From Seison nebaliae (taxonomy: Eukaryota): a DNA stretch of 37,809 bases. Where the stretch lies: assembly GCA_023231475.1 (NCBI GenBank), contig JALJEE010001120.1:62001-99809 (forward strand). Reading direction: 5' to 3'. The notes beneath the pieces were generated by a model that worked only from the letters and a program-made list of their open reading frames with translations, did no database searches and was not told the DNA's origin. This document shows positions 1-12,844 of the stretch, one piece after another (within the stretch, counting starts at the first letter, position 1; each line of letters opens with the position of its first letter). Position numbers and translations under genes: made by a program.

Positions 1-70
1 TCTTTTCCTGATTTCTTTTCTTTCTTCACTTCTTTTCCTGATTTCTTTTCTTTCTTTCCTTCTTTTCCTC
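1..70 (-). repeat. 30-bp coding tandem repeat (GKExKKEKKS) in the EPRS linker
   Basis: tcttttcctgatttcttttctttct unit occurs at 1 and 31, with a partial copy at 61. Confidence 0.8.
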
Positions 71-2476
71 CAATTTTCTCATTAGGATTATTATTTTTGG
101 TGGTAGTAGTCGTGGTTGTAGTGACGGTAGTAGTGGTCAGTTGAGATTTCGACGAATCCTTCTTCTCTAATGGTTTACCGCTCGTACTCATTTTCCCAAT
201 TAATGATGTTGATTTCGTTCTCGTACTCTCGTCCGGTATGTCGAATAAGACAAACTTATTTTTTCCGATCACGTCATCAATTTGATCGAACTGACGAAAT
301 TGTTCATCGTATCGTATCGCTTCCTTATTCCTGTACATGCCCGTCATCATTATCGATTAAATTCAAATTAGAAAAATTTAACGTCAACTTATCAAACGTT
401 TCGTCGCATCGATAAAAGCCTTTTCGTTGTAATTGAATCACCTTAAGAAAATTTAAATAATTAATTAATTATTTAAATTAAAATTGAAAAAACTTGATCT
501 AATTTCATTTGATGAGTGATGGCCGATTCTCCAATTAAATGGAATTCTTGACGACTATTCGGATTAATATATTTCTTGAAATCATCACCTTTGTCCAATG
601 TGGCGATGGTGAGTAAATGTTCGAAATGAATACAAATTATATGAGGGAATTTCACCCTCGCCAATTCTTCGTTATCACCAAATTTCGATTTATTTAAAAT
701 CCACGACACTTTTACCGTCTTTTTGAAATCCTTATCATCGGGAAGATATTCCAAAATGATTTTCTTCTTTTTCATCTCATCAATACGGAAATTGCCCCAT
801 TGTAATAAAGTGATTTTGTCGTCAACTTTCGAATTGACGAAATCCACTTCCTCACATAACACATATGATCCATACCAAATTTCTTTCATTCCATATTCTT
901 CGAATTTTGGATGAAGACGTTGTAACTTCATTTCAACTCCCTTCACATTCTTCACTTCCACTTCAATCAAATCATCACATCTGAGTGCAGTAAATCGGAA
1001 TGATTTCGGATCAATCACTTTCTTATTGATCGCCCAAATCTTATCCCACGACATACTAATATTACTACGAGAACTACCTTGAGCAATGACGAATTGTTTC
1101 AACGCTTCCACGTCCATTCCTCTCCGAACAATTCCACGAACGGTGGGAAAACGAGGATCGTTCCATCCTTCTGCAATCTTCTCATCGACGAACCAAGCCA
1201 ATTTCCGTTTAGACAGGAGAGTATATTGGAGATTCAATCGAGAATATTCCCAAATATTCACCGATCGCAATCCCAATTTGTTGATGAACCAATGGAATTG
1301 ATCGTCACGATCATGATATTCCGTCGTACGTAGAGCGTGTGTCACACCTTCGATCGAATCAACAATTGGACAAGCGAAATCATAAGTCGGATACACTTTA
1401 TATTTGGTGCCATGACGAACATGCGATTGTGTTTTCGATCGATAAATGACCGGATCTCTCAGACAACCGTTTTTCGATTCATAATCAATTTTCGCTCTCA
1501 CACAATATTTCTTCTCATTATTTCCATTCTTCATTTCATTCCAAATTTTCAAATTTTCATCAACCGACAAATTTCGACATTTACTCGCCTCACAATTTTC
1601 TCGTTCTTTCTTCATCGTCTCACCGTCAGTGTTGTCACAATAGGCATGAGAATTCTTCAAAAGAAATTCACATTTCTCCATCATCAAATCGAAATAATCA
1701 GATGTTCGAGTGAACGAATCATATGAGACATTCAACATTTTCAAATCCTCTTCAATGATCTTTTCGAAATGTTCGTCCTCCTTCTCCGGATTCGTGTCAT
1801 CGAATCGCAGAATTAATTTACCTTTAAATTTCTCTTTATAGTGTTGATTGAGGAGGGCGGCTTTGGCGTGGCCGATGTGTAAATATCCACTCGCCTCTGG
1901 TGGAAATCTCACCACCACTTCCCCATCAACTGCATTCTCCAATTCGATGAATTTTCCTTCACCTGCATAATCTTTTCCCGTTTTCTCCACTTTCTTCTTT
2001 TCTTTTTTTTCGTCAATTTTAATATCATTTGATGGTTTTGTTCGTTTGAAATTCTCACATATTCGTCGATATTCTTTATTCGATTTCAATGAATTCAATT
2101 CCTTCAAACTATCTAAATGATTCTTGTAACGGAAGACGTTGGGAAATGTCTTGATTAATTTCAAATCGATCAAATTGAACAGATGCCACACCCATAAATC
2201 GGCTAACGTCAATTTGTCATTGATGATGAATGGTGCAATGATTTCTAATCGATCATTTAATCGTTTCAAGAATTGTCCCAATTCATTCATGTCCATTCCC
2301 GAATCCATCACATATTCCATGTTGCACAACAATTCGTCACATTTCAAACGATCTTTGACGTCTAATGACCAATAAGCGATCTCGTTCGTTTCCTTCACGA
2401 GCACTTTCGACGTATTGATCGATGAGTCTAAATTGATCGATTCCTTCGAAGGAAAATAACATGAGAGGAAATCCAT
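1..2476 (-). CDS. EPRS1: Glutamyl-tRNA synthetase part of bifunctional Glu-Pro-tRNA synthetase (3' end runs off the window); exons 2476-494, 441-389 (or 441-383), 330-<1
   Basis: N-terminal GST-like segment (LTLADLWVW), RFPPEASGYLHIGHAKAA (HIGH motif), LLSKRKL and WNDPRFPTVRG. Removing introns 442-493 and 331-388 restores VIQLQRKGFYRCD...FVLFDIPD. The ProRS half is not visible, so a stand-alone GluRS is not excluded. Confidence 0.93.
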
Positions 2477-2870
2477 TCTGGAAAAAAATTAAAAAAAAAT
2501 TTTAATTAATTAAATAATTTCATTATTCTTCATTCTTTTATAGGCAGAGAAGTAACGTGCAATTTTAAAATACAATGAACTAAACATTTCAATATATATC
2601 TTCCTCATAAACTCAGGTGGTTCGATTGAGCCAAACATTCGAATATGAATGAGTAAATTTTATAATTGCAAATCGAGTTGAGAAGAGACTGAGTTGGAAG
2701 AAAGCGAAAATTCTCAATGTGGCAAAGTTGAAATTAAACGTAATTGCCATTCGTCTATTCGAAAGATTTTTGCTTTTTCTCCGAGTTCATTTCTTTTTTG
2801 TTTAATCCTTATCGGAAAAGTTTATTTATTTCTTACCCAAATTTCTTTCATTTATTCTCCAAAAGAAAAT

Positions 2871-3478
2871 ATGTTGACTATTTATCAAATCATCTCATTC
2901 TTCTGTATGTTGTTATTGGCGGAATGCAAGGAGATTGCCGATGCAAATCTGTTGGTAAAGAAGTCGATTTTGAATTCGTTCTATGCTGAATCAATCGATC
3001 TCATCATCAAATATGACGTCTACAATGTGGGCGAGAGGTCTTTCATTTTTTCCTTTAAATTTTCAACATTTTTTCTTTTCCCAGTGATGCTTATAACGTG
3101 ATTGTGAAAGACACGTACGAAATTGACGACCTCAAATTGAAGAGTGATTCGAGTGAATTAAAATGGAGTAAAATCGTTCATAAAACCAACGTTTCCGCCG
3201 TCATCATTTATGAGCCGTTACAACCGAAAATCATGAACATTTCCGTCGGACTCATTCAATACGAGCAAGAAGAAGGCGGAAGTACAAGACAAATTGGACG
3301 AAGTAATAAAATGCCACAAATCGCCGTGATGGCCTTCAACGAATATAGTCGACAATACGCCTCCCACAAATTCGAATGGCTCGTCTTTTTCGGACTTTGC
3401 ATTCTCTCACTCTTCTTCCCATACATGTTGTGGAAACAGAGCGTCGATAAATATGAAGGAATCCAAAAGAAGTTGTAG
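2871..3478 (+). CDS. SSR2: Translocon-associated protein subunit beta (TRAP-beta); exons 2871-3037, 3085-3478
   Basis: Signal peptide followed by ANLLVKKSILN..AESIDLIIKYDVYNVGE|SDAYNV and a C-terminal EYSRQYASHKFEWLVFF...PYMLWKQS..KYE. A 47-bp GTC..CAG intron (3038-3084) joins the two ORFs. Confidence 0.92.
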
Positions 3479-3762
3479 ATAAATATTCCGTTCGATCTCC
3501 TTTCTTATTTGTTCCCAAAAAATTTTTCTTTCCATCAAACGAATTATCTGTTCAATTATTCATTGTGTGAGACAAAACGGCGTTTTTTCCACTAATCATT
3601 TCATCGATTAGAATTTGTTTAATTTATAATAAATTTGTTTTTCCCAACAAAATTTTCCCTTTTTAAAACTCAAAATTTTCCTTTTTTACTACTCAAAATT
3701 TTTCCATTTATCGACTAAAATTTATTAACTAAATTTCTAATTTTAAAATTTAAAATTTTTTT

Positions 3763-5064
3763 TTATTCATCTTTTCCATCGAGGAAATTTCTGATTTCTT
3801 CCGGTAATTCATCATCATCTACACAACCACAATTGAGTTTATCTTCTTTTCCTTTCGGAGCGAATGATGGTGTGACAGATGGTTCGCCAGAAAATCGTGA
3901 AGCGATCGCTGGCGACATTTCCCGAAGTTTATCGATAGCTGCTTCTTGAAACGATTGGATGATATTTTTCTTCTCCGTAAATTGTCTTTCGGACCATTTC
4001 CCTTTTTCCTCTGACAATTTCTGCGACGAATGTTTTCCACTCGATAATGGTCGTCGTTCTGATGGTTTTTTTTCCGAAAACATTTCTTCCACATTTTCCT
4101 CTTCGTTTATTTCTGAAACGACCGTTTTCTTCCCATTACCGAACAAGATTCTTGAGAGGGTCGAATAAAACGTTTCGCCACTCACTTCCACTTCATTTTC
4201 CTGAATTTTCCCTTCCGATGGTAATGTGATGGAAGCGTAAACTTTCGGTGGTTCCGTCAAAAATTGACATTCCTCCTCCTCCGGAAATTTGTATAATGGT
4301 CGTTCGATGATTCCGTTGGGAAGATTGTCATGATATAACCAATCGCCATATTGACGTTCATTCCAATCGAATTCATTCACACCAGTCACTGTCACATAAT
4401 TTTTTATCGTTTCCTCCCCGAAAATTTCACTTAAATAATGTTTGATTTTCGGCCACAATAATTTCGGATACCATCTCACACGATCCACATTACTCTTACA
4501 ACACTTATATTTATGATATGGATTTTCGTTCGTTAATTGATATTTCGGATTGAGATTTTCCAGACACGTTTGTCGTTCTTCTTCCGTGGAGCAACCGGAA
4601 CATGGTAACGGGAGACATGGCAATTGTTCGTAGAATGAATTAATCTCTCGATTCAAAGTTATGATTTCTTGAGGTCTGGCCGATCGATAAGCGTCAGTTC
4701 TCGATGGCATAAATTTCCCTCGTTGATGTGCCGCTGTGAGATGATTGAACGGTCCATCGATCGGATCATTCCAACGACTTCTCGCCCAAATCGTATCGAG
4801 TGTCGTATAACCGAAATAAGGAAACCAGAAAAACCATAAAACTAACGGCCACGGACCGATTAACATGATGGGCAGAACGGAATAATTCGATGCATAATAT
4901 GAAGGAGTGAAGAATTTTTGAATTCCATAACCCGAATGAGTTTTCGGTTTACGTGCGATCGTCTTCGCGATGTCTCTCACATACTGACGACGACTCAAAC
5001 TAAAAGTTCGTTTAGCCAAATGACTGACCAAAGTGGGACGTCTTAGGGTTGATAAGATGGACAT
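3763..5064 (-). CDS. 433-aa putative mitochondrial single-pass membrane protein, N-terminal part weakly NDUFA4/C15orf48 (B12D)-like
   Basis: Intronless ORF with an Arg/Ser-rich, acid-free presequence-like N-terminus. One TM segment (VLPIMLIGPWPLVLWFFWF) is followed by DTIWARSRWNDP..PFNHL. The family assignment is by eye only. Confidence 0.6.
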   Translation of the reverse strand: MSILSTLRRPTLVSHLAKRTFSLSRRQYVRDIAKTIARKPKTHSGYGIQKFFTPSYYASNYSVLPIMLIGPWPLVLWFFWFPYFGYTTLDTIWARSRWNDPIDGPFNHLTAAHQRGKFMPSRTDAYRSARPQEIITLNREINSFYEQLPCLPLPCSGCSTEEERQTCLENLNPKYQLTNENPYHKYKCCKSNVDRVRWYPKLLWPKIKHYLSEIFGEETIKNYVTVTGVNEFDWNERQYGDWLYHDNLPNGIIERPLYKFPEEEECQFLTEPPKVYASITLPSEGKIQENEVEVSGETFYSTLSRILFGNGKKTVVSEINEEENVEEMFSEKKPSERRPLSSGKHSSQKLSEEKGKWSERQFTEKKNIIQSFQEAAIDKLREMSPAIASRFSGEPSVTPSFAPKGKEDKLNCGCVDDDELPEEIRNFLDGKDE

Positions 5065-5229
5065 ATAAAAACGGAGAGATGGAGATCAAAACAAAAAAAA
5101 AAAGAAAAATGAAATGAAAATTTTAGTTTTATTTGACGTGAAAACTTTTCACTGCTAATACCATAAAAATCAACTATTTATGAAAAAGAACAATTTATGT
5201 TTCTCATTTATGAAAATTCATCGACTTCA

Positions 5230-5840
5230 TTAATAGAAGTTGCAATTTTTCGAATTTAAAATCGATCGTTGATATCTCTTGTCGATCGGGGGGAGATCAT
5301 TAATACCGTTCAAACGGTAAAATTCTTTTTGAATATTCGTCGAAACCGGTAGCGGCGGTAAATCATATAACCTGTTCACATAACGACCATATTCGCTACT
5401 GGTCTTTACCGGAATTTTCCGTTTCTCCTCTTGATAGGCTAAAGCGTCGCCCAATTTTTTCATGACATATTTTTTCTCTGTAAAAATACGAGCGAGAGGA
5501 TATGCCGTTTTATCCGGTTTCTTCCAATAATTGTAACTCAATCGCTCCAAATCACAACAATGACCATACGCCTTAAATTCGTTGATATGATCGACGGCCG
5601 TTGGTACGTCGTACTTACTCCACGTCTCATAATTGACTGGTCTTTCGAACGACTTGAAAAAAAAAATTTGAAATTTTTAGGAAAAAAAATTGAAATTGTT
5701 AGAGAAAAATTTAGTTTTGAAGTAAAGTGAGAAACTTCGCTAATTCGTTCGAGCTTGAGAATGCGATCGAGGTCGTGAGTAGTTCGATAGACTTGTTCGG
5801 GCTTCGGTCGTATTTCGTTATGAAAGCGATTGTTAAACAT
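5230..5840 (-). CDS. CFAP90: CFAP90/C5orf49-like ciliary protein; exons 5840-5736, 5652-5230
   Basis: C-terminal EEKRKIPVKTSSEYGR...IQKEFYRLNGI resembles the C5orf49 signature. An 83-bp GTT..AAG intron (5653-5735) joins the two ORFs. Confidence 0.72.
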
Positions 5841-6030
5841 ATTCCACTTTTTTTTTGTGTCTATTTCCTTAAAATAATAGGGAAAGGGAAGCGAAAATTA
5901 AACTTTAATTAGGAAAATTGAATTTAGTGCGGAAAAAGAATTTCATTTAACTTTTAGTTTTTCCGTTCCTTTCTATTGAATCACATTTCCAACGTGACGA
6001 GTCCTTGTCCCTAAATTACTCAATTATATC

Positions 6031-6901
6031 ATGAACGATGATGGCAAAATGGTGCAGCACTGCAAACAATTCCGAAAATTATATGAGAACGACTCGGCGG
6101 TCATTCGTGATGAGTTGAATTCATTAAGTTCCTCTCATCTGAAACCAACCAATCTTGCCGTAATTGATACGAATGACGATTTCTGCGATTCTGAAAACAC
6201 ATTGAACTGGCCCTCCAAACCGATCTGTCACCATCACGGTTCAAGTAATAAAGTCCTGCCTGAAGTTCATTTTGAAATTTTCTCTCAAAAAATATTTCTC
6301 TCTATATCCAACTTAGAAATTGAAGTATCGATCTAGAAATTATAAATTTCTCAAACAATTAAGGAAAGGCAGAAAAAATAGTCGAGACAACAACAACAAC
6401 AACAACCGGCATAGATCGAACGTCTTATATCGGGATCAAGACAATTGGCACATGAATAGTGAAGCAGGAAATCCTTTTAATGACAGTTCAGAAAAGGGTC
6501 AGGACTCTCAAGTTCATCTCCGTGAACAGAAATTACAATTCATCTCTCACACCGATGAAGTTTCGAGTGCGAGTAATCTCATTTCGAAAGTGGAAGAGAA
6601 GCCGATGCAGAAATTCTTCGATATGATCTCGACGGCATTCAACAAAACGAACAATAATTGTGGAGAGACGCCCGATATCGTCAATCCGTTGGAGAACATC
6701 GATTTTCGACGATTGGCACAGAAAATCGAAAATTTCGATTTGAGTTTCCTCAAGAATTTATCCATCAAGAATAATGGTAAGACGTCGGCATTCTGCTCAC
6801 TCATCTTCCTCATCATATTAGTCATTGTGTCCATGTCGAAATTGACGCAAATGCTCTGCATTCTGCTCGCGTTGAACATAGTCGTTTTCATCAAACTCTA
6901 A
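6031..6901 (+). CDS. Uncharacterised protein with C-terminal hydrophobic hairpin; exons 6031-6264, 6317-6901
   Basis: A 52-bp GTT..TAG intron (6265-6316) fuses two ORFs in frame (VLPE|KLKYRS). Two terminal hydrophobic stretches; no family recognised. Confidence 0.75.
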
Positions 6902-7070
6902 AAATTGGACTGAAGAGATTCAATGAGATTTAATTGAAAGAAAAAATAATTTTCATCAATTTCCTTTCTTTTGAAAAACTATTTCAATGAGAATAGTTTT
7001 CAATTATTAAAAATTAGTTTAATGTATGTCATCAGAGGAAATCTTTCCAAACTCTCCAAAACTGCTTAAA

Positions 7071-7296
7071 ATTCCGAAAATTTTCTAAACTTATTTAAAA
7101 TTCTAAAAATTTTCTTAACTAATTTAAGATTCCGAAAATTTTCTAAACTTATTTAAAATTCTAAAAATTTCCTTAACTTATTTAAAATGCCAAAAAATTT
7201 CCTAAAATTATTTAAAATAACAAAAAATTTTCCAAAATTATTTATAATTCTAAAAAGTTTTCCAGTTTGTTTAAACTTCTAAAAAATTTTCAAAAC
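7071..7296. repeat. AT-rich minisatellite, ~29-30-bp unit, ~8 copies
   Basis: Units ttccgaaaattttctaaacttatttaaaa and ttctaaaaattttcttaactaatttaaga alternate, then degenerate rightwards. Confidence 0.85.
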
Positions 7297-7362
7297 AGTC
7301 TAAAGTAAAATAATACGTAATAGTAAAAGAAAAGAAGAAGAAATAGATAATTTTATTGAGAA

Positions 7363-8866
7363 TCATTGACGGAACCGTTTCCGCCATCCGATTGCTATGC
7401 AGAAGATGAAGAGGGAGAGTAAGATGAGAATCAACACTTTATAAATGAACGATTCCGTTCGAATCATAAACAGTCCGTAAACTTTCTCCTTATTCACATG
7501 TGGCATATGTGGAGTCAGTGATAGTAGTGGAATAGTTGTGGAATTATTATATCTCGCACAATATTCCACACCTCTCCCCAGCACATTGACGGGAGTGATA
7601 CAAATGAGTTGGATAGTCTCGTTACAAATGATGACGATGTGTCGATAAGATGGTTTTATGTTAATCGTTCGATTAATCTCATTAGTTTTCGTTGTTAATC
7701 GAACGAAAAAATGTTTCAATGGCTCTTCATTTTCGCTTCCATTAAATTGCCAATTCACCATATATTTATCGGAACATATTCGATTGATGATCAACGAATT
7801 GATCACTTTCGGTTTAGTTCGAATTCGCACATACGTCGTATGAGTGGAATAACCATATCGATTCTTGATGACACATGTATAGAAACCGTTATCGTCCAAT
7901 GTGGCGTTATTTTTTTTTAGACGATAACCGTCGAAAACGAAACGATCCCAACTCTCGTCCACCTCTCGACGATTATGATACCATTGAATAGAGGGTATGG
8001 GAAATCCGGACGCCGGACAATTGAGAAATATGGTGGACTGATATGAGACGTAGAGCAGTTTTGGGAGATTACTCACGGAGAATACGGGTAGGGAAACGGC
8101 GACCAAATAGAGAATTCCAGTTGCTTTTATTTTAAGAAGGAAAAATGAGAGATAGAGAAAAAATTTAAAAAATGAACTGGTGGCGATATTGTCGATGATG
8201 GATTCGATAATCAAATTCTTCCATTGATCTCTCTTATCGTCGGACAATGTCTCTTTGAGTTTGACGAGACTGAATCGTAATCGATACGATTTGGTCAATT
8301 CGACCACAGAATTACTCTCGACACGTTTCTGACAAATGTAGATACCTTGAAAGGATTTGAAAATAATTATAATATTAAATAAATAATATAATAGAATGAG
8401 AAAGAAATTTGAAATAACCTCGATCGTTGATGGTCGTTTGTCGAATGATGAAGAGATCGGCGACGTCGTTTCGTCGAATACAATGATGGTCGGAATCGTT
8501 CCAACAATCGGGCACTTTGTGGATTTGTTCCGTTTCGAAAACATATCGTTTCCATTTGCTGTGAATAGGACATTTGAGGATGATGTAATTATTCTCGAGT
8601 AGAGATAATCGAAAATTGGAGAATAATGAGGGAATATCCTGATTGACTGGTAATTCTTTATAGAATGTCTGGAGAATTTGATCCAAACGGAACTGAAGTA
8701 ATTTATTTGGAATGATCGTCGAGTTATGTTGATCTAGAGAGACATTCTCGAACACTTGAATGGGACGTATATCTTCATCGCTATTAATTCTATTTGTGTA
8801 AACCAGATGAACTGATAGGAAATGAAAAAGAAATATATTGAGCAAAAAATTAAAATAATGCTTCAT
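7363..8866 (-). CDS. Type I membrane protein with two Ig-like domains and an FN3-like domain; exons 8866-8419, 8345-8178, 8123-7363
   Basis: Signal peptide; Ig1 (ILKCP..W..NDRG|IYIC); Ig2 I-set (LNCPASGFPIPSIQWYHN...DDNGFYTCVIKNRYG); FN3-like (VNWQ..ITPVNVLGRG); TM and short basic tail. Introns at 8346-8418 and 8124-8177. Confidence 0.85.
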
Positions 8867-10809
8867 TTATCGACGGTATGCATGTCATTTTCCCATATTA
8901 CATTTCCATTTGAAATTCTTTCAAAATTCTTTCCCTTCTTTCCTTTTTTGTGCGCAAATTTACAGTTGTTAAGAAGAAATAAATGTAAGAAAAAAAACTA
9001 TTTCTTTTCTTACCAGTAATTCTTATGCCGTTTAATTGCTTACCAGCCTCAACTTGTCATAAACTATCTCCTTTTCAACAACTACATGACTTTCACACGC
9101 AACTCCAACAAATGTTGTGTGATGAGAGACATTTGTCTTCCGATTCTCCTACTTTTTCTTCACGGTCAATCACTGGAAATTAAATGAAATAATTGAAGAA
9201 AAAAAAATTATGAGATAAAAAGAAAGACACAATTTTATTTGTTGTTAAACATAATCTATTACCGAATCATTATACCTTTCCATTGATGGTCGACCTCTCT
9301 CGCTATGACGATATTGTCAATATAATAATTCCATTGAGAATCAGTATAATCTCTTCGAATGAAATGGAATGGAGGAAAAGTAAGATATCCATTAAGCAAA
9401 TAATGGAATGATAAAAAATTATCATTTTTCTTTCGAAAAGGAAAAAATATGGAAGAAAAAAGGAAACTCATAGTTGATTTATAAGGAGATTTTCTTCCTT
9501 CCCGAACTCAATTTAATAAGGATGGAACATGCTTAAACATTTTATTGTTGTGCATATTAGATGAATATATCGATGATCTAAATAACTTTAAATAAATTGA
9601 ATAATTTTATTGCCTTCTCTACTTACTCACTTGTTAGTGTATGGGAGAGCGAGGACTTTTCCAAGCAATAGTAACAACAACAACAAAATAAAACAAACGA
9701 GATATTCACATGAGAGGATGTCCCATGAATTGTTTATAATCACACAACTGACTACACCTCACATAACATGTCCATCGAAAGTGATGAATATCAGAATAAT
9801 AATTTTAGAATATCTAACCGACTTAATCGATTGCCATTGACAAATGTTGATGATAAGGACAGTATCCCTCCAAAATTGTTTACTCTACAACAACTATAAT
9901 TGTGGAAGATGATTAATATGTAGTAATTGGTTAAGGAGGAGAATTGATGGCAGATTTTCATCAATAACTTCGATGTGGGGAGGATGAAATACTTAGGAGA
10001 TAGAATGATTAGAGGAGACGGCGCAGGTAAAAGGGCACTTGAGAATAATTTTAATTTTCATCTTATCATTTGGAATGGCAGAAAAGAGCCTCATATATCC
10101 TCTCACAAATTACTCACAATTAATGCATTGTAGTGTTTGAGAAGGATTTGTTTTGATGAATATTCGTCGTCTTTCTTCTCGATGCGTCGTCAGCAGCGGA
10201 TTGTGAAGGATATGTGTCCTGCTCATTGCTTAGTCTCTCCAAATTAGGTGGGAGGGAAGGAAGCTTTAATTAAATTCTCGCATACACACAAACTGAAATA
10301 TCTTTCCGTCTTTCCTTCTCCTTTCCGTCTCTTATATAATGATGTGATATGAAAGTCATCTTTCATTTCTAACATGTCCCATTCCAATAAATATGTAGAA
10401 GGAAAATAATAATGTAGTCGTTATTATTTTTATAACTAATATTCACAATATCATTAATAGAAACAGGCAAGTTCTCATCCAGTCGTAAACAAAAGAAAAG
10501 GGAGAATTTATTATTCTGTTGTAGTTTCACTAACCAACCAACCAACCAGCCAACCAACCGACCATCCATTCATTCATTCATCCTACTATTTGTAAGAGAG
10601 AATATTTTATGATAATGTTCCACTTGTTCATCCGTCAGGAAACAACGATATTAGAAAGAAAGATGATTACTGTCTCATAACACAATAATCTATAAGGGAG
10701 AGGGAAGCGATAGGTATTCTAATCACAAAATTTTTCTTCCACATTCTTCCTCCCCATTACCTAAATTATTCATTCTCACTCACACTTCCCAATTCTCCAC
10801 ATCAGACTA

Positions 10810-12844
10810 ATGCTTGTCAATCTCAGTGGTGATTATAAGAAATATGCTGCGATTTTCGGTGCTTTCCTCCTACATCTAACCATCGGAGTCAATCATTCGT
10901 TTGGTTAGTGTCCGTCTTCACTTCTACCGCCACTTAACACTTATCCTCTTCCCACCCTCCAGGTAACATAGCGCCTTATATTGTCTCGTATATTCGGTTC
11001 GGTGAGAATGGAACGACCAAATACGTCGACTTCAATCAAACTGAAGTGGTCGATGAGCGGCACTTGAACAAGTATTATTTATTCGGTGGTGATTACAGTC
11101 AAATCGTTTGGATTTATGGAACGATGTTCGGATTGCAAGGTCTCTGTTCATTCATCGGAGGATTCTATGCACCCAAATTATCCACCCGAACATTGACCTT
11201 GATTGGTTGTAGCATTGCTGAGTTACTAATAAAATTTAATTTTAAAAATTACTAATTTACATTTTTCTCACATTAAGTTTGGGCATCATCTTAACCGGAT
11301 GGACGTTGACTTCTCGTAGTTTCGGTCCCATCATAATAACATTCGGAATTATGTTCGGTTTGGGCTCCGGTATCGTCTATATCCCGCCAATACAATGTGC
11401 TATGAATGTTCGTCATTACAATTTCCTATCAATTAATCTCATTTTAAACACTTTCAGTGGATGCCAGATAAACGAGGATTAGCAACTGGAATCGTTCTTT
11501 CCGGACAAGGATTCGCTGTATTCTTTTTCAGTTTAATTCAATCAAAATTCGTCAATCCCAACAATTTACCCCCAACCAAAGTTCGAGACAGAACGGCAAT
11601 AGAAGCGTTTTCTTTAAATCTTCTCTCTCTCCCTCTCTTTCAAATATCTCATAATTTACAGTTTCTTCACACAAAAAGAATTACTTGTTCGTGTGCCCAA
11701 CATGTTTTATTTGTTAGGCGGAATTTTCATCGGAATTCAAATATTCGCCATCAGTTGGCTGCAAGATCCCGAACCGGAAGATGAAGCTAGTCCGTTGGAT
11801 GTGCACAAAATCATTCGGAATGAAAAATCGATCGATTCAATTGAGAATACGGAAATCAGTGAAAATTCTGTGTCATCCGATCACACCACAACCGAACCGT
11901 CATATCAAAATCGAGAATTGTCGACCGGTTTTCTTTCATTTCCTCATTCATCAATCTCAATTCTCACATATAATCAGTACCGGAAAAATTTACTGATCCG
12001 ATCGATAACGATTTAAACCGAACTTCGACACATGTCGAAATTTTCAATCGATTACGGTTCGAATTTATTTTGGGAAGAATAATATTTAAATATTTTATTA
12101 AAATTCAATTTCCCTTTTTTAGCGAGTCGTTATCAGATCCAGCATTTCTCATCTTATATGTCACTATGTTTTGCATTCAAACCAGTGTCGTTCTATTAGA
12201 TTCATTGTATAAAGTTTGTAATTCATCAAAATCATCAAAATCATCAAAATCCTCATCAACCTTTTCTTTCGATTTTTAGTCTTATGGACAAACATTCATT
12301 CAAGACGATCATTTCTTGAGTTATGTGGGAGCGTTTGCTTATATCGCTCATGGTTTTGGACGTATGTTCGGCGGTTATGCTTTCGATAAATTCGATTACA
12401 AAGTTAATTTAGTTTAATATTTTTTATTGTATTAAATATCGGCTAGCTATCAATGGGAGTGTCTTGTGCGGCTACTGGTGTTCTGACAGCGACCATGATC
12501 CTCACACCGTACGGACATAAGGCCATGTTCTTCATTTGGATCGTTCTCCTCTATAATTTTTGGGCATGGTGCTTCTCCATCGTGCCGTCGGCAACTGCCG
12601 CTTATTTTGGAGAGAAGAATTTCGGTCCGAATTATGGACTCATTTTCTCATCAATCTCCATCTCATCAATCTTTGGTGCTACTTTATCACACATCTTATT
12701 GGACTATGTTGGCTGGAATGGAATTTTTCTTGTGGCGGCTGTTTTCGATCTGATCTGTTAGTTCTTTTTAGAATTATCGTCAATTTAAATATGTTCCTCC
12801 GTACAGGTCTCATTCTCGTGTTTATGATCCGTTTGAAGAAATGA
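10810..12844 (+). CDS. MFS transporter, oxalate:formate antiporter/monocarboxylate-like; 10 exons
   Basis: Motifs LLHLTIG..SFG|NIAPYIVSY, GIMFGLGSGIVYIPPIQCAMN|WMPDKRGLATGIV and YFGEKNFGPNYGLIF. Introns 10904-10962, 11222-11277, 11408-11457, 11607-11661, 11928-11977, 12057-12122, 12214-12279, 12403-12446 and 12757-12806 give one continuous frame. Confidence 0.92.

Noticed and set aside
723..2375. Plus-strand ORFs inside EPRS, and similar antisense ORFs inside PPP1R16, EXOC5 and PLA2
   Set aside because: These are shadow ORFs opposite conserved genes, with no recognisable protein features.
2612..2632. ggttcgattgagcc as a tRNA T-arm or Pol III B-box
   Set aside because: No cloverleaf or A-box could be built around it, and the match is imperfect.
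7071..7296. Repeat array as a CRISPR locus
   Set aside because: Units are contiguous with no unique spacers, there are no cas genes, and the context is eukaryotic.
10810..12844. Fragmented ORFs as pseudogenes, frameshifts or an alternative genetic code
   Set aside because: All breaks are explained by short GT-AG introns that restore frames under the standard code.
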